From the NCBI GenBank assembly GCA_038087875.1, contig JAXLNO010000110.1:744001-808000 (forward strand): a stretch of 64,000 nucleotides of DNA, written 5' to 3'. The stretch is from Malacoraja senta (lineage: Eukaryota). This document shows positions 11,341 to 20,980 of this stretch, piece after piece. Both the position numbers and the translations under genes were made by a program. The stretch's first letter is position 1; the number at the start of each line of letters is the position of its first letter. The notes under the pieces are model-generated. The model saw only the letters and a list, made by a program, of their open reading frames with translations, was not told the DNA's origin and made no database searches.

Positions 11341-13306
11341 TGTAAAGAGGCGTCATAACACACTGTGTCTTTACTACTGTTTATTCATGATACACATACT
11401 TTACTGCCCTAGCTGTTCATGGTCTGTCACCGGAACCAGAGAGAGAGCACTGGGTGGGAAGGTTGTAATTATACTAATGATGTGGGGAGTGGTTAGTAGT
11501 GGTGAGGTCACTATGTTAAAGGTACATGCACATGTCATCTACATCCTTCCCCTTGGAAATAAAAAGCAATACCGTAGTGACAGGGCGACCACGTCTCATA
11601 CGCTATGAGCAGGTGAGCAAACAGATAAGCAAAATCACGATAACGGACAGGCGGCCTGACCACCCGCCCGGACCAGGTACGCAGCTCGCCATCTCCCCCC
11701 TCTGCAGGAGGAACATGAGTAGGAGCAGGCGCGGGTGAGAGAACCGGGGAATCGGGAGGAGAAAGAGAAAACGGAGACGGAGCAGGGGAAGCAGGAGCTG
11801 TAGCGGGAAGACGGGCAGGCGAGGGAGGACTGGCTGGAGGGGCAGGCAACGTGGCAGACAGTGGGGGGGAAAAGGGGTCTGCAGGCGGCGGTGGGGGCTC
11901 ATTAACAAGCCGCAGATGTTGGCGGGACCGGCGGTAAATAGTACCGTCATGGTCGACTAGATAGGACCGCGGCGAACCAGTAGTACCGACGACGATGGCA
12001 AGCCTGGGGTGACCGGAGGAGGACTGCATCCGAACGACTTGGCCAAGGAACAGAGGCGGGAGGGGACGGCAGGACTTGTCGTGGGAGCGCTTTTGGATTT
12101 CTTGTTTGAGGGCAATGCGCTCCTGGACAGCAGCGGGCTGGAGAACAGAGGGAACGAGGGACCGCTGGGTCACCGGGATCGGAGGTCTCGTAGTGCGAGA
12201 CATCAGCCGTTGTGCTGGGGAGCCCAAGGCAGTGTCGCGGCAAATGTTTCGAAGGTTGATGAGTGCCAGGTAAAAGTCAGAATGGGACAGTCTACAATGT
12301 TCCAGCAAGTCCTTAGTACTGCGGACAGCGCGCTCTGCCAAGCCGTTGCTTTGAGGGTACTCCGGGCTGCTGGTATAGTGTCGGAAGTTCCAGCTGGCAG
12401 CGAAACTCCGAAATTCGGCACTCGAGAACTGGCTGCCGTTGTCCGATTGAAGACTTGCCGGGGTGCCAAAGCTTCCGAAGTGGCGGTGCAGCCTCCCGAT
12501 AACGGCCGAAGAGGTGAGGGAGTGTAGCTGGTCAACCTCGAACCAGCTGGAGTACGAGTCCACAAGAACCAGGAAATGCTTGCCACGCCACTCAAAAATG
12601 TCAGCGGCGACGGTCATCCAGGGCAGCTCGGGGGCAGGCTGTTGCAGAAGCGGCTGCCGTTGCTGATGGGGAGCGAGGCTATTGCAGACAGAGCAAGCGG
12701 AGACCCTCTCCCGGATGTCTTGGGCCATGCTGGGCCAGTAGAACAAACTCTGGGCCTGAGACAGGGTGGCCTCGGCCCCAGGATGACCGCGATGGGCGGT
12801 CTGAAAGTATTGGTCCCGCAGGGCAGCAGGTACAACGACCTTGTGTCCCTTCACGACCACACCGTCGTGCAGCACGAGCTCGTCACGGACCAGGAAGTAG
12901 GGCACGACTCCAGGCGGCAAGGATGAACGACGGTCTGGCCAGCCCTGCCTGATGACGTCGGCAAGCTGCTGCAGGGCAGGATCCTTGGCAGTGTTGCTGA
13001 CCAGGGACTGCATCTGCTGGGTAGGCACAATGTTGACGTTAAACACCATCAGGTCAGACGATTCGTATGGATGGCGATCGGTGGACGTTAGCGGTGTCTG
13101 CCTTTTTTTTTTTTTTGTGTGTTTTTTTTTGTCTTTACTACTGTTTATTCATGATACACATTCTTTACTGCCCTAGCTGTTCTGGTCTGTCACCGGAACC
13201 AGAGAGAGAGCACTGGGTGGGAAGGTTGTAATTATACTAGTGATGTGGGGAGTGGTTAGTAGTGATGAGGTCACTATGTTAAAGGTACATGCACATGTCA
13301 TCTACA
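11341..13306 (-). mobile_element. Internally deleted Ty3/Gypsy LTR retrotransposon
   Basis: LTR TG...CA at 11341-11543 and a near-identical truncated LTR at about 13130-13306. Polypurine tract next to 11544 (minus strand); 5-bp TSD CTGTC at 11336-11340 and 13307-13311. Confidence 0.93.
11535..13049 (-). CDS. Gypsy integrase remnant (open ORF; gag/PR/RT missing)
   Basis: HHCC finger (AHRGHPG...CSVC), DDE core (VAADIF...SDNGSQF...SNGLAERAV) and C-terminal RTWSGRVVRPPVRY. Confidence 0.9.
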   Translation of the reverse strand: MVFNVNIVPTQQMQSLVSNTAKDPALQQLADVIRQGWPDRRSSLPPGVVPYFLVRDELVLHDGVVVKGHKVVVPAALRDQYFQTAHRGHPGAEATLSQAQSLFYWPSMAQDIRERVSACSVCNSLAPHQQRQPLLQQPAPELPWMTVAADIFEWRGKHFLVLVDSYSSWFEVDQLHSLTSSAVIGRLHRHFGSFGTPASLQSDNGSQFSSAEFRSFAASWNFRHYTSSPEYPQSNGLAERAVRSTKDLLEHCRLSHSDFYLALINLRNICRDTALGSPAQRLMSRTTRPPIPVTQRSLVPSVLQPAAVQERIALKQEIQKRSHDKSCRPLPPLFLGQVVRMQSSSGHPRLAIVVGTTGSPRSYLVDHDGTIYRRSRQHLRLVNEPPPPPADPFSPPLSATLPAPPASPPSPARLPATAPASPAPSPFSLSPPDSPVLSPAPAPTHVPPAEGGDGELRTWSGRVVRPPVRYRDFAYLFAHLLIAYETWSPCHYGIAFYFQGEGCR

Positions 13307-14004
13307 CTGTCTAAATGTTATGAACTAATAAAAGCCCAGTGCTGCTAATATCCTTCAGGTCGAGCAGCATCTGTGGAGAGGGGTCATTTTCCTGGGCGAT
13401 GTTCCATCAATAGAGCATTGATTCATGAATTGTAGTTCCCTTCTGCCATGTTTGCTGGCGACGGCAGCGCACTGTCTGAAGGGAGATGTAGTTCCGAGTA
13501 ACGGCCACCTGTGGGGAAGGTGGGTAGGAAGGAACTGCAGGTGCTGGTTTAAACCGAAGAGAGACACAAAATGCTGGAGTAACACAGTGGAACAAGCAGC
13601 ATCTCTGGAGAAAAGGAGTGGGTGACGTTTCGGGTCGAGAACCTTCTTCAGACAGGGGAAAGGGGAACGAGGGATATGGACTGTACTTAGGAGAAATGAA
13701 TGGAAGATATGCAAAATCCAATGAAAATGAAGGAAAGGTGGAGCCCACAGCCTTTATTATAGGCTGTGGGAGAGGTGATAACGGGTTATACAGACAGAGG
13801 AACTTAACAAGTCTTATTTTATCATCATTACTTTTTTGCATATCTTTCATTCATTGTTCTTTATCTCTCTACATCATCATCTATATCTCTCATTTCCATT
13901 TCCCATGACTAGTCTGAAGAAGGGTCTCGACTCGAAACGTCACCCATTCCTTCTCTCCAGAGATGCTGCCCGTCCTGCTGAGTTACTCCAGCTTTATGTG
14001 TCTA

Positions 14005-14412
14005 CCTTCTCCATGGATTGTCACCTTTTCGTGGTGGAGAAGCTTGTGTGGACCTGAGATCCTGAGAGCGATGCTGTCTGGAGCAATGCTCCTGGTAGGG
14101 CCACCCATGGCAGTAAGGTCGAGGGGGAGGTCTCTGACAAAGAGCAATCCAACCAAGACCTCAAAGGTGGAACAGGCGGAGGACGATGGCTGACCTTAGT
14201 GGAGCATCACAACGGCTGGGAAGGCGGATGAAGGCTGCAGCAGAAAAGGGTCTCCGGTCATCTTGGACTCCATGCCATTGACCCAGATCTGTCAAGGACC
14301 TCGGGGTGGCTGTCTGTGCACCAGTCTCCCGACGTTAAACATAGTGACGCATAGGCGTCCTCCATATAGGGAATAGCACCCTGGAGACACCCATGATCGA
14401 AGGGTGCCTAAC
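14005..14412 (+). mobile_element. Short non-autonomous RTE-derived retroposon
   Basis: The 5' part resembles RTE/Expander/BovB leaders (CACCTTTTCGTGGTGGAG, GCTCCTGGTAGGGCCACCCATGGC, GACAAAGAG). TSD ATGTGTCTA at 13996-14004 and 14413-14421. Confidence 0.75.
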
Positions 14413-14622
14413 ATGTGTCTATCTTCAGTAAAATTGGTACAATGACTTGGGTGGGGGAGGAACAGAGCGTATGCAAGGGTTACTTGAAGTTACAGGAATG
14501 TAAATTAGAGGAACAACACATCCTATTTTGCTTGGACAGCTTACAAGCCAGCAGTATGAATTTTGATTTTTCTCACTTCAAGTAACCCTTACATCCCCCC
14601 CTCCCTCTCCTCCACACTGGAC

Positions 14623-14920
14623 TGCATGGTGGCACAGCAGTAGAGCTGCTGCCTCACATCGCCATAGACCCGGGTCCGATTCTGACAACGGGTGCTGCCT
14701 GTACGGAGTTTGTACCTTCTCCCCGTGACCTGCATGAGTTTTCTCAGAGATCTCTGGTTTCCTCCCACATTCCAAAGACGGATATTAATTGACGTGGTAT
14801 ACATGTAAACTGTTCCTGGTGTGTGTAGGATAGTGTTAGTGTGCAGGGATCGCTGGTCTGTGGGGACTTGGTGGGCCGAAGGGCCTTTTCCCGTACAGTA
14901 TCACTAAATGAAACTAAATA
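14623..14920 (+). mobile_element. HE1-type SINE immediately upstream of the SNX27 promoter
   Basis: A/B-box head and family tail. Confidence 0.85.
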
Positions 14921-15094
14921 ATTTGAACAAAAATGTAGAAGAGCAGTGCATCTGTAAACTAAACGTATCAACTAATAAAAGCCCAGTGGTGCAAATATCC
15001 TTCAGGTCAAGCAGCATCTGTGGAGAAGGAACATTTTTTTGGCTGATGTCCACAACAACAGAAAATATTGATCCATGGTGAAGGATCGAATTGG

Positions 15095-15285
15095 CTTGTG
15101 GGAAATGTAGTCCAAATCCGCCATTTTTGCCGGCTCCTCCAGCGTACGGCCTGATGGGAGTTGTAGTTCGTCGTCAGCGGCCACTAAAGAGGAGGCGGCG
15201 CACCGGACTACAACTCCCGGCAGGCCTGGCGTGCGGCCCGGCCCACTTCCGGCCGCCGCTGGGTTGGGGGTCCAAGATGGCGGAG
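15095..15285 (+). promoter_or_regulatory. GC-rich SNX27 promoter with three ZNF143/THAP11-type ACTACAnnTCCC motifs, an ETS site and YY1 sites
   Basis: TGGGAAATGTAGT 15099-15111, TGGGAGTTGTAGT 15155-15167, ACTACAACTCCC 15207-15218, ACTTCCGG 15245-15252 and CAAGATGGCG 15273-15282 (overlapping the ATG). The segment is CpG-rich. Confidence 0.8.
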
Positions 15286-15533
15286 GAGGAGGACGGGGAG
15301 CAGTTGGGGCCCGGGAGCGGGAGCGGGAGCCCGGGGCCGGATCCCCGCACCGTCCGCATCGTGAAGGCGGACAGTGGCTTCGGCTTCAACGTGCGCGGCC
15401 AAGTGAGCGAGGGCGGCCAGCTGCGCAGCATCAACGGGCAGCTGTACGCGCCGCTGCAGCACGTCAGCGCCGTCCTGGCCGAGGGAGCGGCTGAGAGGGC
15501 CGGCGTCAGGCGGGGGGACCGCATCCTGGCCGT
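15277..15533 (+). CDS. SNX27: Sorting nexin-27, coding exon 1 (PDZ domain N-terminal part)
   Basis: MAEEEDGE...[63 protein letters not shown] matches the SNX27 PDZ domain. Phase-2 donor GT|GTGAGT at 15534. Confidence 0.97.
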
Positions 15534-16450
15534 GTGAGTACCGGGGCCCGGGGATAGAGGGAGGGCCCATCCTGGCCGTGTGAGTACCGGGGCCCGGGGA
15601 TAGAGGGAGGGCCCATCCTGGCCGTGTGAGTACCGGGGATAGAGGGTCCCATCCTGGCCGTGTGAGTACCGGGGCCCGGGGATAGAGAGAGGGCCCATCC
15701 TGGCCGTGTGAGTACCGGGGATAGAGGGTCCCATCCTGGCCGTGTGAGTACCGGGGATAGAGGGTCCCATCCTGGCCGTGTGAGTACCGGGAATAGGGGG
15801 TCCCGTCCTGGCCGTGTGAGTACCGGGGCCCGGGGATAGAGAGAGGGCCCGGGATAGAGGGCCCGGGGACAGGGAGGATAAGGGGTCCCATCCTGGCCGT
15901 GTTGAGTACCGGGGATAGCGACCCTGGTGCCGCATCCTGGCTGTGTGACTGCCGGTTACTGTGGGGGGAGGGGGCGCATCCTGGCCGTGAGTACCAGTCT
16001 CACTGCGACTGGGGTCCCTGGGGCAGGGGGAGCAGAGGAGTGGGACGGCGTCCAGTGGGGGTGGGGGGGGGGAGAACCGCATCCTGGCTGTGTAAACATT
16101 GGGTAGAGTGGGGGGTGGGGGGGCAGGTGTAGGGGCCACATCGTAGCCGGGCACCAGGACTAGGGACGGGGGGGGGGGGTACATCCTGGCTGTGTATACA
16201 CTGGGTAGAGTGGGGGGGGGGCAGGTGTAGGGGCCACATCGTAGCCGGGCACCAGGACTAGGGACGGGGGGACGGGGGGGGGGGGGGGGACGGGACATCC
16301 TGGCTGTGCGAAGACCAGGGCAGGAGGAGCGGGGACGTGTACCTGCCATAGGAGGACCAGGTGAGGGGGAACCGGGGACTGAGGTCCCATCCTGACCCTG
16401 TGGGCAGTGCGGGAGAGGGGCTGGGACTAGAGGGCCTGGCCATGTGAAGT
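15522..16450 (+). repeat. G-rich minisatellite (36-46 bp units) built from the SNX27 exon-1/intron-1 junction
   Basis: CATCCTGGCCGTGTGAGTACCGGGG is repeated about 8 times nearly perfectly, then in progressively degenerate copies. Confidence 0.92.
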
Positions 16451-17314
16451 CAGCAACAACCCTGCTATACATTAGGCACAATTATGTTGAGTATAAGTGT
16501 AGTGGACCACACAGAGCAAGTACACAAGAGTCACCATGTTGATCAGATAGAAGTATCTAAAATTATGTCAGACATTGATAGCGTGGACAGTCAGAACATT
16601 CAGTCAGACTGTCAGACTAACATAGACTAGCTTGGCTTTAGGGTGAGAGGGGTGAAGTTTAAAGCAGATGCACGGTGGTGCAGCAGTAGAGTTGCTGCCT
16701 CACAGCGCCAGAGACCTGGGTTTGATCCCGCCTATGGTTGCCATCTGTACGGAGTTTGTACATTCTTCCCGTGACCATGTGGGCTTTTTTCGGGTGCTCT
16801 GGTCGTAGTCAGGATCGAGCGGGGTCTCTGGTGCTGTGAGGCGGCAACTCTTCTGCGGCGCCACCGTGCTGCCCAAAGATGTAAGCCATGGGAATGGGAT
16901 ATTGCAGGAAGATGGGAGGGATTCAAGTCATTGAAGGTTTCTGTTCTAGGTGGGTGCCCAGAAGAAGGGTCTCGACCCAAAACGTCACCCATTCCTTCTC
17001 TCCAGTGATGGGGTTACTCCAGCATTTTGTGTCTATCTTCGGCTGTAAGGCACCTTGGTTCAGTTCGGATGTTGAAATCTGCTCATGTGGCTGCAATCCG
17101 TACGTCTCTATCAGTAGAGATTCAGTGCCATGATAGAGGCGCAAGAATACGCAACTCTGCTCGTTAGGCCTGTTCTGTGGTTTAATAAATTAATGACTTA
17201 TCTGATTGCACCTCATCTCCGCATTCCAGTCTACCTGCGGTAACCTTACAATCCTTTGCATTCTCCAGTATCGATGGTGCTTCTTAGTTTTTTAGTTCTT
17301 ATTAGTTGTTTCTA

Positions 17315-17795
17315 AGTTCTTGCTATTGAGGGAGTGCAGCATAGGTTCACAAGGTTAATTCCCGGGATGGCGGGACTGTCATATGCTGAGAGAATGAAAA
17401 GGATGGGCTTGTATATTCTGGAATTTAGAAGGATGAGTGGGGATCTTATTGAAACGTATAAGATTATTAAGGGTTTGGACACGCTAGAGGCAGGTAACAT
17501 GTTCCCGATGTTGTGGGACCAGGGGCCACAGTTTAAGAATGGCCACAGGTAAGCCATTTAGAATGGAGATGAGTAAACACTTTTTCACACAGAGAGTTTG
17601 TGGCATTCTCTGCGGTTCTCTGGATACTTTCAAGAGCGAGCTAGATAGGGCTCTTAAAGATAGAGGAGTCAGGGGATATGGGGAGAAGGCAGGAACGGGG
17701 TACTGATTGTAGATGATCAGCCTTGATCACATTGAATGGCGGTGCTGGCTCGAAGGGCCGAATGGCTTACTCCTGGACCCATTGTCTATTATCTA
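17315..17795 (+). mobile_element. CR1/HER1 3' fragment in SNX27 intron 1
   Basis: RFTRLIPGMAGLSY...GDLIETYKIIKG plus 3' UTR. Confidence 0.9.
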
Positions 17796-17879
17796 TTTTA
17801 GTTTAGAGATACAGCTGCTACTGGTATTGGTCTGTCACTGGTACCTCACTGCAGGGTCGAGGCTGTAATAGAAACTTGG

Positions 17880-18512
17880 CTACAGTACCGGTGGGGACGG
17901 GTCTGTGTAACACTGGGGTACAGTACCGGTGGGGATGGGTCTGTCTGTGTAACACTGGGGTACAGTACCGGTGGGGACGGGTCTGTGTAACACTGGGGTA
18001 CAGTACCGGTGGGGACGGGTCTGTCTGTGTAACACTGGGGTACAGTACCGGTGGGGACGGGTCTGTATAACACTGCGGTACAGTACCGGTGGGGACGGGT
18101 CTGTCTGTGTAACACTGGGGTACAGTACCGGTGGGGACGGGTCTGTCTGTGTAACACCGGGGTACAGTACCGGTGGGGACGGGTCTGTGTAACACTGGGG
18201 TACAGTACCGGTGGGGATGGGTCTGTCTGTGTAACACTGGGGTACAGTACCGGTGGGGATGGGTCTGTCTGTGTAACACTGGGGTACAGTACCGGTGGGG
18301 ACGGGTCTGTGTAACACTGGGGTACAGTACCGGTGGGGACGGGTCTGTCTGTGTAACACCGGGGTACAGTACCGGTGGGGACGGGTCTGTATAACACTGC
18401 GGTACAGTACCGGTGGGGACGGGTCTGTCTGTGTAACACTGGGGTACAGTACTGGTGGGGACGGGTCTGTCTGTGTAACACCGGGGTACAGTACCGGTGG
18501 GGACGGGTCTGT
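17880..18512. repeat. Minisatellite, 38/42-bp unit TGTGTAACACTGGGGTACAGTACCGGTGGGGACGGGTC(TGTC)
   Basis: About 16 near-identical tandem copies. Confidence 0.97.
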
Positions 18513-18960
18513 TACTGTATAACGACACACCTGTACAACATTACCTCTTGCGTTCCAAGTAAAGGTGCTTATTTTGATTGCGTGTCTGGAGGTGAGCCAG
18601 GTGCCTGGTCCTACCCAGTGCCTGCACTTCACTGGAATGCTGCTCAGATCTCCAGTGAAAACTGGTCCTTACGGCCTAAGATCACAGCTCGGTTATTATG
18701 AGAGAATTTGTATCTGCTGTTCAGATCAAAACATTAAAATTCCACCCTTCAACCCACATCCTTCACTCTGGCTTTACATTTCACTTCTTGTCTCCCCTTA
18801 TCTGATGTCTTTTGTCCCCTTTTCACATCTAGCCTTTGACCACCCTGACAAGCAACCCCTCCACCTCCCCTCACCTGTCCCCACCTATCACTTGCCAGGC
18901 AACGACAACCTAGCACTGAAACTCCATCCCCTTTTTCATACCCATACTCTCCTTCCCATT

Positions 18961-19380
18961 CACTGGGTACAGTACCGGTGGGGACGGGTCTGTATGTGTA
19001 ACACTGGGGTACAGTACCCGTGGGGACCAGTCTGTCGCTGTGTACACTGGGGTACAGTACCGGTGGGGACGGGTCTGTGTGTATAACACTGGGGTACAGT
19101 ACCGGTGGGGACGGGTCTGTGTGTGTAACACTGGGGTACAGTACCGGTGGGGACGGGTCTGTGTGTGTAACACTGGGGTACAGTACCGGTGGGGATGGAT
19201 CTGTGTGTATAACACTGGGGTACAGTACCGGTGGGGACCTGTCTGTGTAACACTGGGGTTCAGTACCGGTGGGGACGGGACTGTCTGTGTAACACTGGGG
19301 TACAGTACCGGTGGGGACGGGTCTGTGTGTGTAACACTGGGGTACAGTACAGGTGGGGACGGGACTGTCGCTGTGTAACG
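18961..19380. repeat. Second block of the same minisatellite
   Basis: About 10 copies, slightly more diverged. Confidence 0.95.
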
Positions 19381-19628
19381 CTGGACTGTTTTTGGTGTGA
19401 AGTATGCTGTCTGTTTTTGATCACATTGTATTGAAGGGCCTGGGATTTAATATTGGTCACATTACCTTTGCTTGAAATGTAGGCTATGATTAGCACATGT
19501 GATGTGATGTTCTTTCCAGAGTTCCCCAAACAGGTCTCAGTTCCTTCATTGTAGTTTCAGGTCATCTATAGCAAGACAATTTTGCAAAAAAAAAACCCTT
19601 ATTGAGCAAAATCATCCTGAAACCTGTA

Positions 19629-19828
19629 CATATGCTCCACGATTTACGATGCTTCGACTTATGATATATCATCTTTACGATGGTGCAAACGCTGGACAAC
19701 GGCAGCGTGCCATAGGTCACTTCCGGTCACGCGATCAAATTGTGTTAAATGCATTTTTGACTTGCGATATTTTAGATTTACAATGAGTTTATCGGAACGC
19801 AACCCCTTCGGAGGTCGAGGAGCAGCTG
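19629..19828. mobile_element. Tigger/pogo-like MITE
   Basis: TA flanks with imperfect TIRs CATATGCTCCACGATTT / GGTCGAGGAGCAGCTG. Confidence 0.6.
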
Positions 19829-20372
19829 TATTACAAATGCAAGCTTCAGTGCAAGACAACACTTCTGAGGGAGCTCTGTGTCCGAGTTAGTATACTGACA
19901 TGCGGCAGTATATCAGGGCAGCACAGTGGCGTAGCGGTAGAGTTGCTGCCTCACAGCACTGGAGACATCCTGACTAGATGCACAGTCTCTTGCCCAGAGT
20001 AGGGGAATCGATGACCAGAGGACTTGGGTTCAAAGTGAAGGGGAAAAGATTTAATAGGCATCTGAGGGGTAACTTTTTCACACAAAGGGTGGTGGGTGTA
20101 TGGAACAAGCTGCCAGAGGAGGTAGTTGAGGCTGGGACTATCCCAACATTTAAGAAACAGTTGGACAGCTACATGGATAGGACAGGTTTGGAGGGATATG
20201 AACCAAGTGCAGGCAGGTGGGACTAGTGTAGCTGGGACATGTTGGCCCGTGTGGGTACGTTGGGCCAAAGGGCCTGTTTACACGCTATATCACTCTATGA
20301 CTCTTAGCGGGCAAATGGGTAGAGCTCGGAGATGGCATTGGTGCGCATTGACGAGTTGGATCGAAGGGCCTG

Positions 20373-20980
20373 TCAAGTCAGTCAAGTCAAGTTTTATTCG
20401 TCACTTGCACATAAAGTGCAAGTGAAATGAATTTGCTAGTAGCGGTACAATAAAAAAGAACATGCAATACACAATAAAAAATTAACACATACATCCACTG
20501 GTGGAAGGCACAAAATTTGGCCGGTCCTCCATTTCCTCCCGTGGTCGGGATCTCAACCCTCCGCAGTCGCCGCTGTGGAAGTCCAGATGTACAGGCAAGG
20601 TCCTGAATCGCTGCCTCCCCACCGGAGACAGCGGCTTCAAGATGGTGTAGGCTACAGGCCGGCGGTTGAAGATTTAAAGTCCCCGCCGCGCCGTATCCAG
20701 AAGCACCGCAGAATGCAGGGCCAGCGATCGGAGCTCTTCTCCGTGGTCCCCAACGAGGGATCCCAGGCACTAGACGCTGCCAGCTGGACATGGAAAAAGT
20801 TGCCTCTCCGTGGAGGAGGCGACCAAAATGATTTCCCCCTTATCCCCCCACACCATCCACCACACAAGACACACCGAGAGACATTAAAAACATACATTAA
20901 GACACACTAAAAAAACAAAAAATGTAGAAAAAAACAAACACGCTGCTGGCAGGGCTGCCAGCTTGCAGCGCCCCCACCGA
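20373..20980 (-). mobile_element. Non-coding GC-rich retroposon with a Rex1-like (CTTGA)n tail
   Basis: Minus-strand end ATTTCACTTGCAC...GTGCAAGTGACGAATAAAACTTGACTTGA; architecture resembles the (ATT)n-tailed family. Confidence 0.6.

Noticed and set aside
15174..16481. 435-aa Pro-rich minus-strand ORF
   Set aside because: It is the antisense of SNX27 exon 1 plus the GC-rich minisatellite and has no domain signature.
17818..19434. Long repetitive ORFs, and a CRISPR-like look of the regular 38-42 bp array
   Set aside because: These are pure tandem repeats without unique spacers, in vertebrate DNA with no cas genes. The ORFs are by-products of the repeat.
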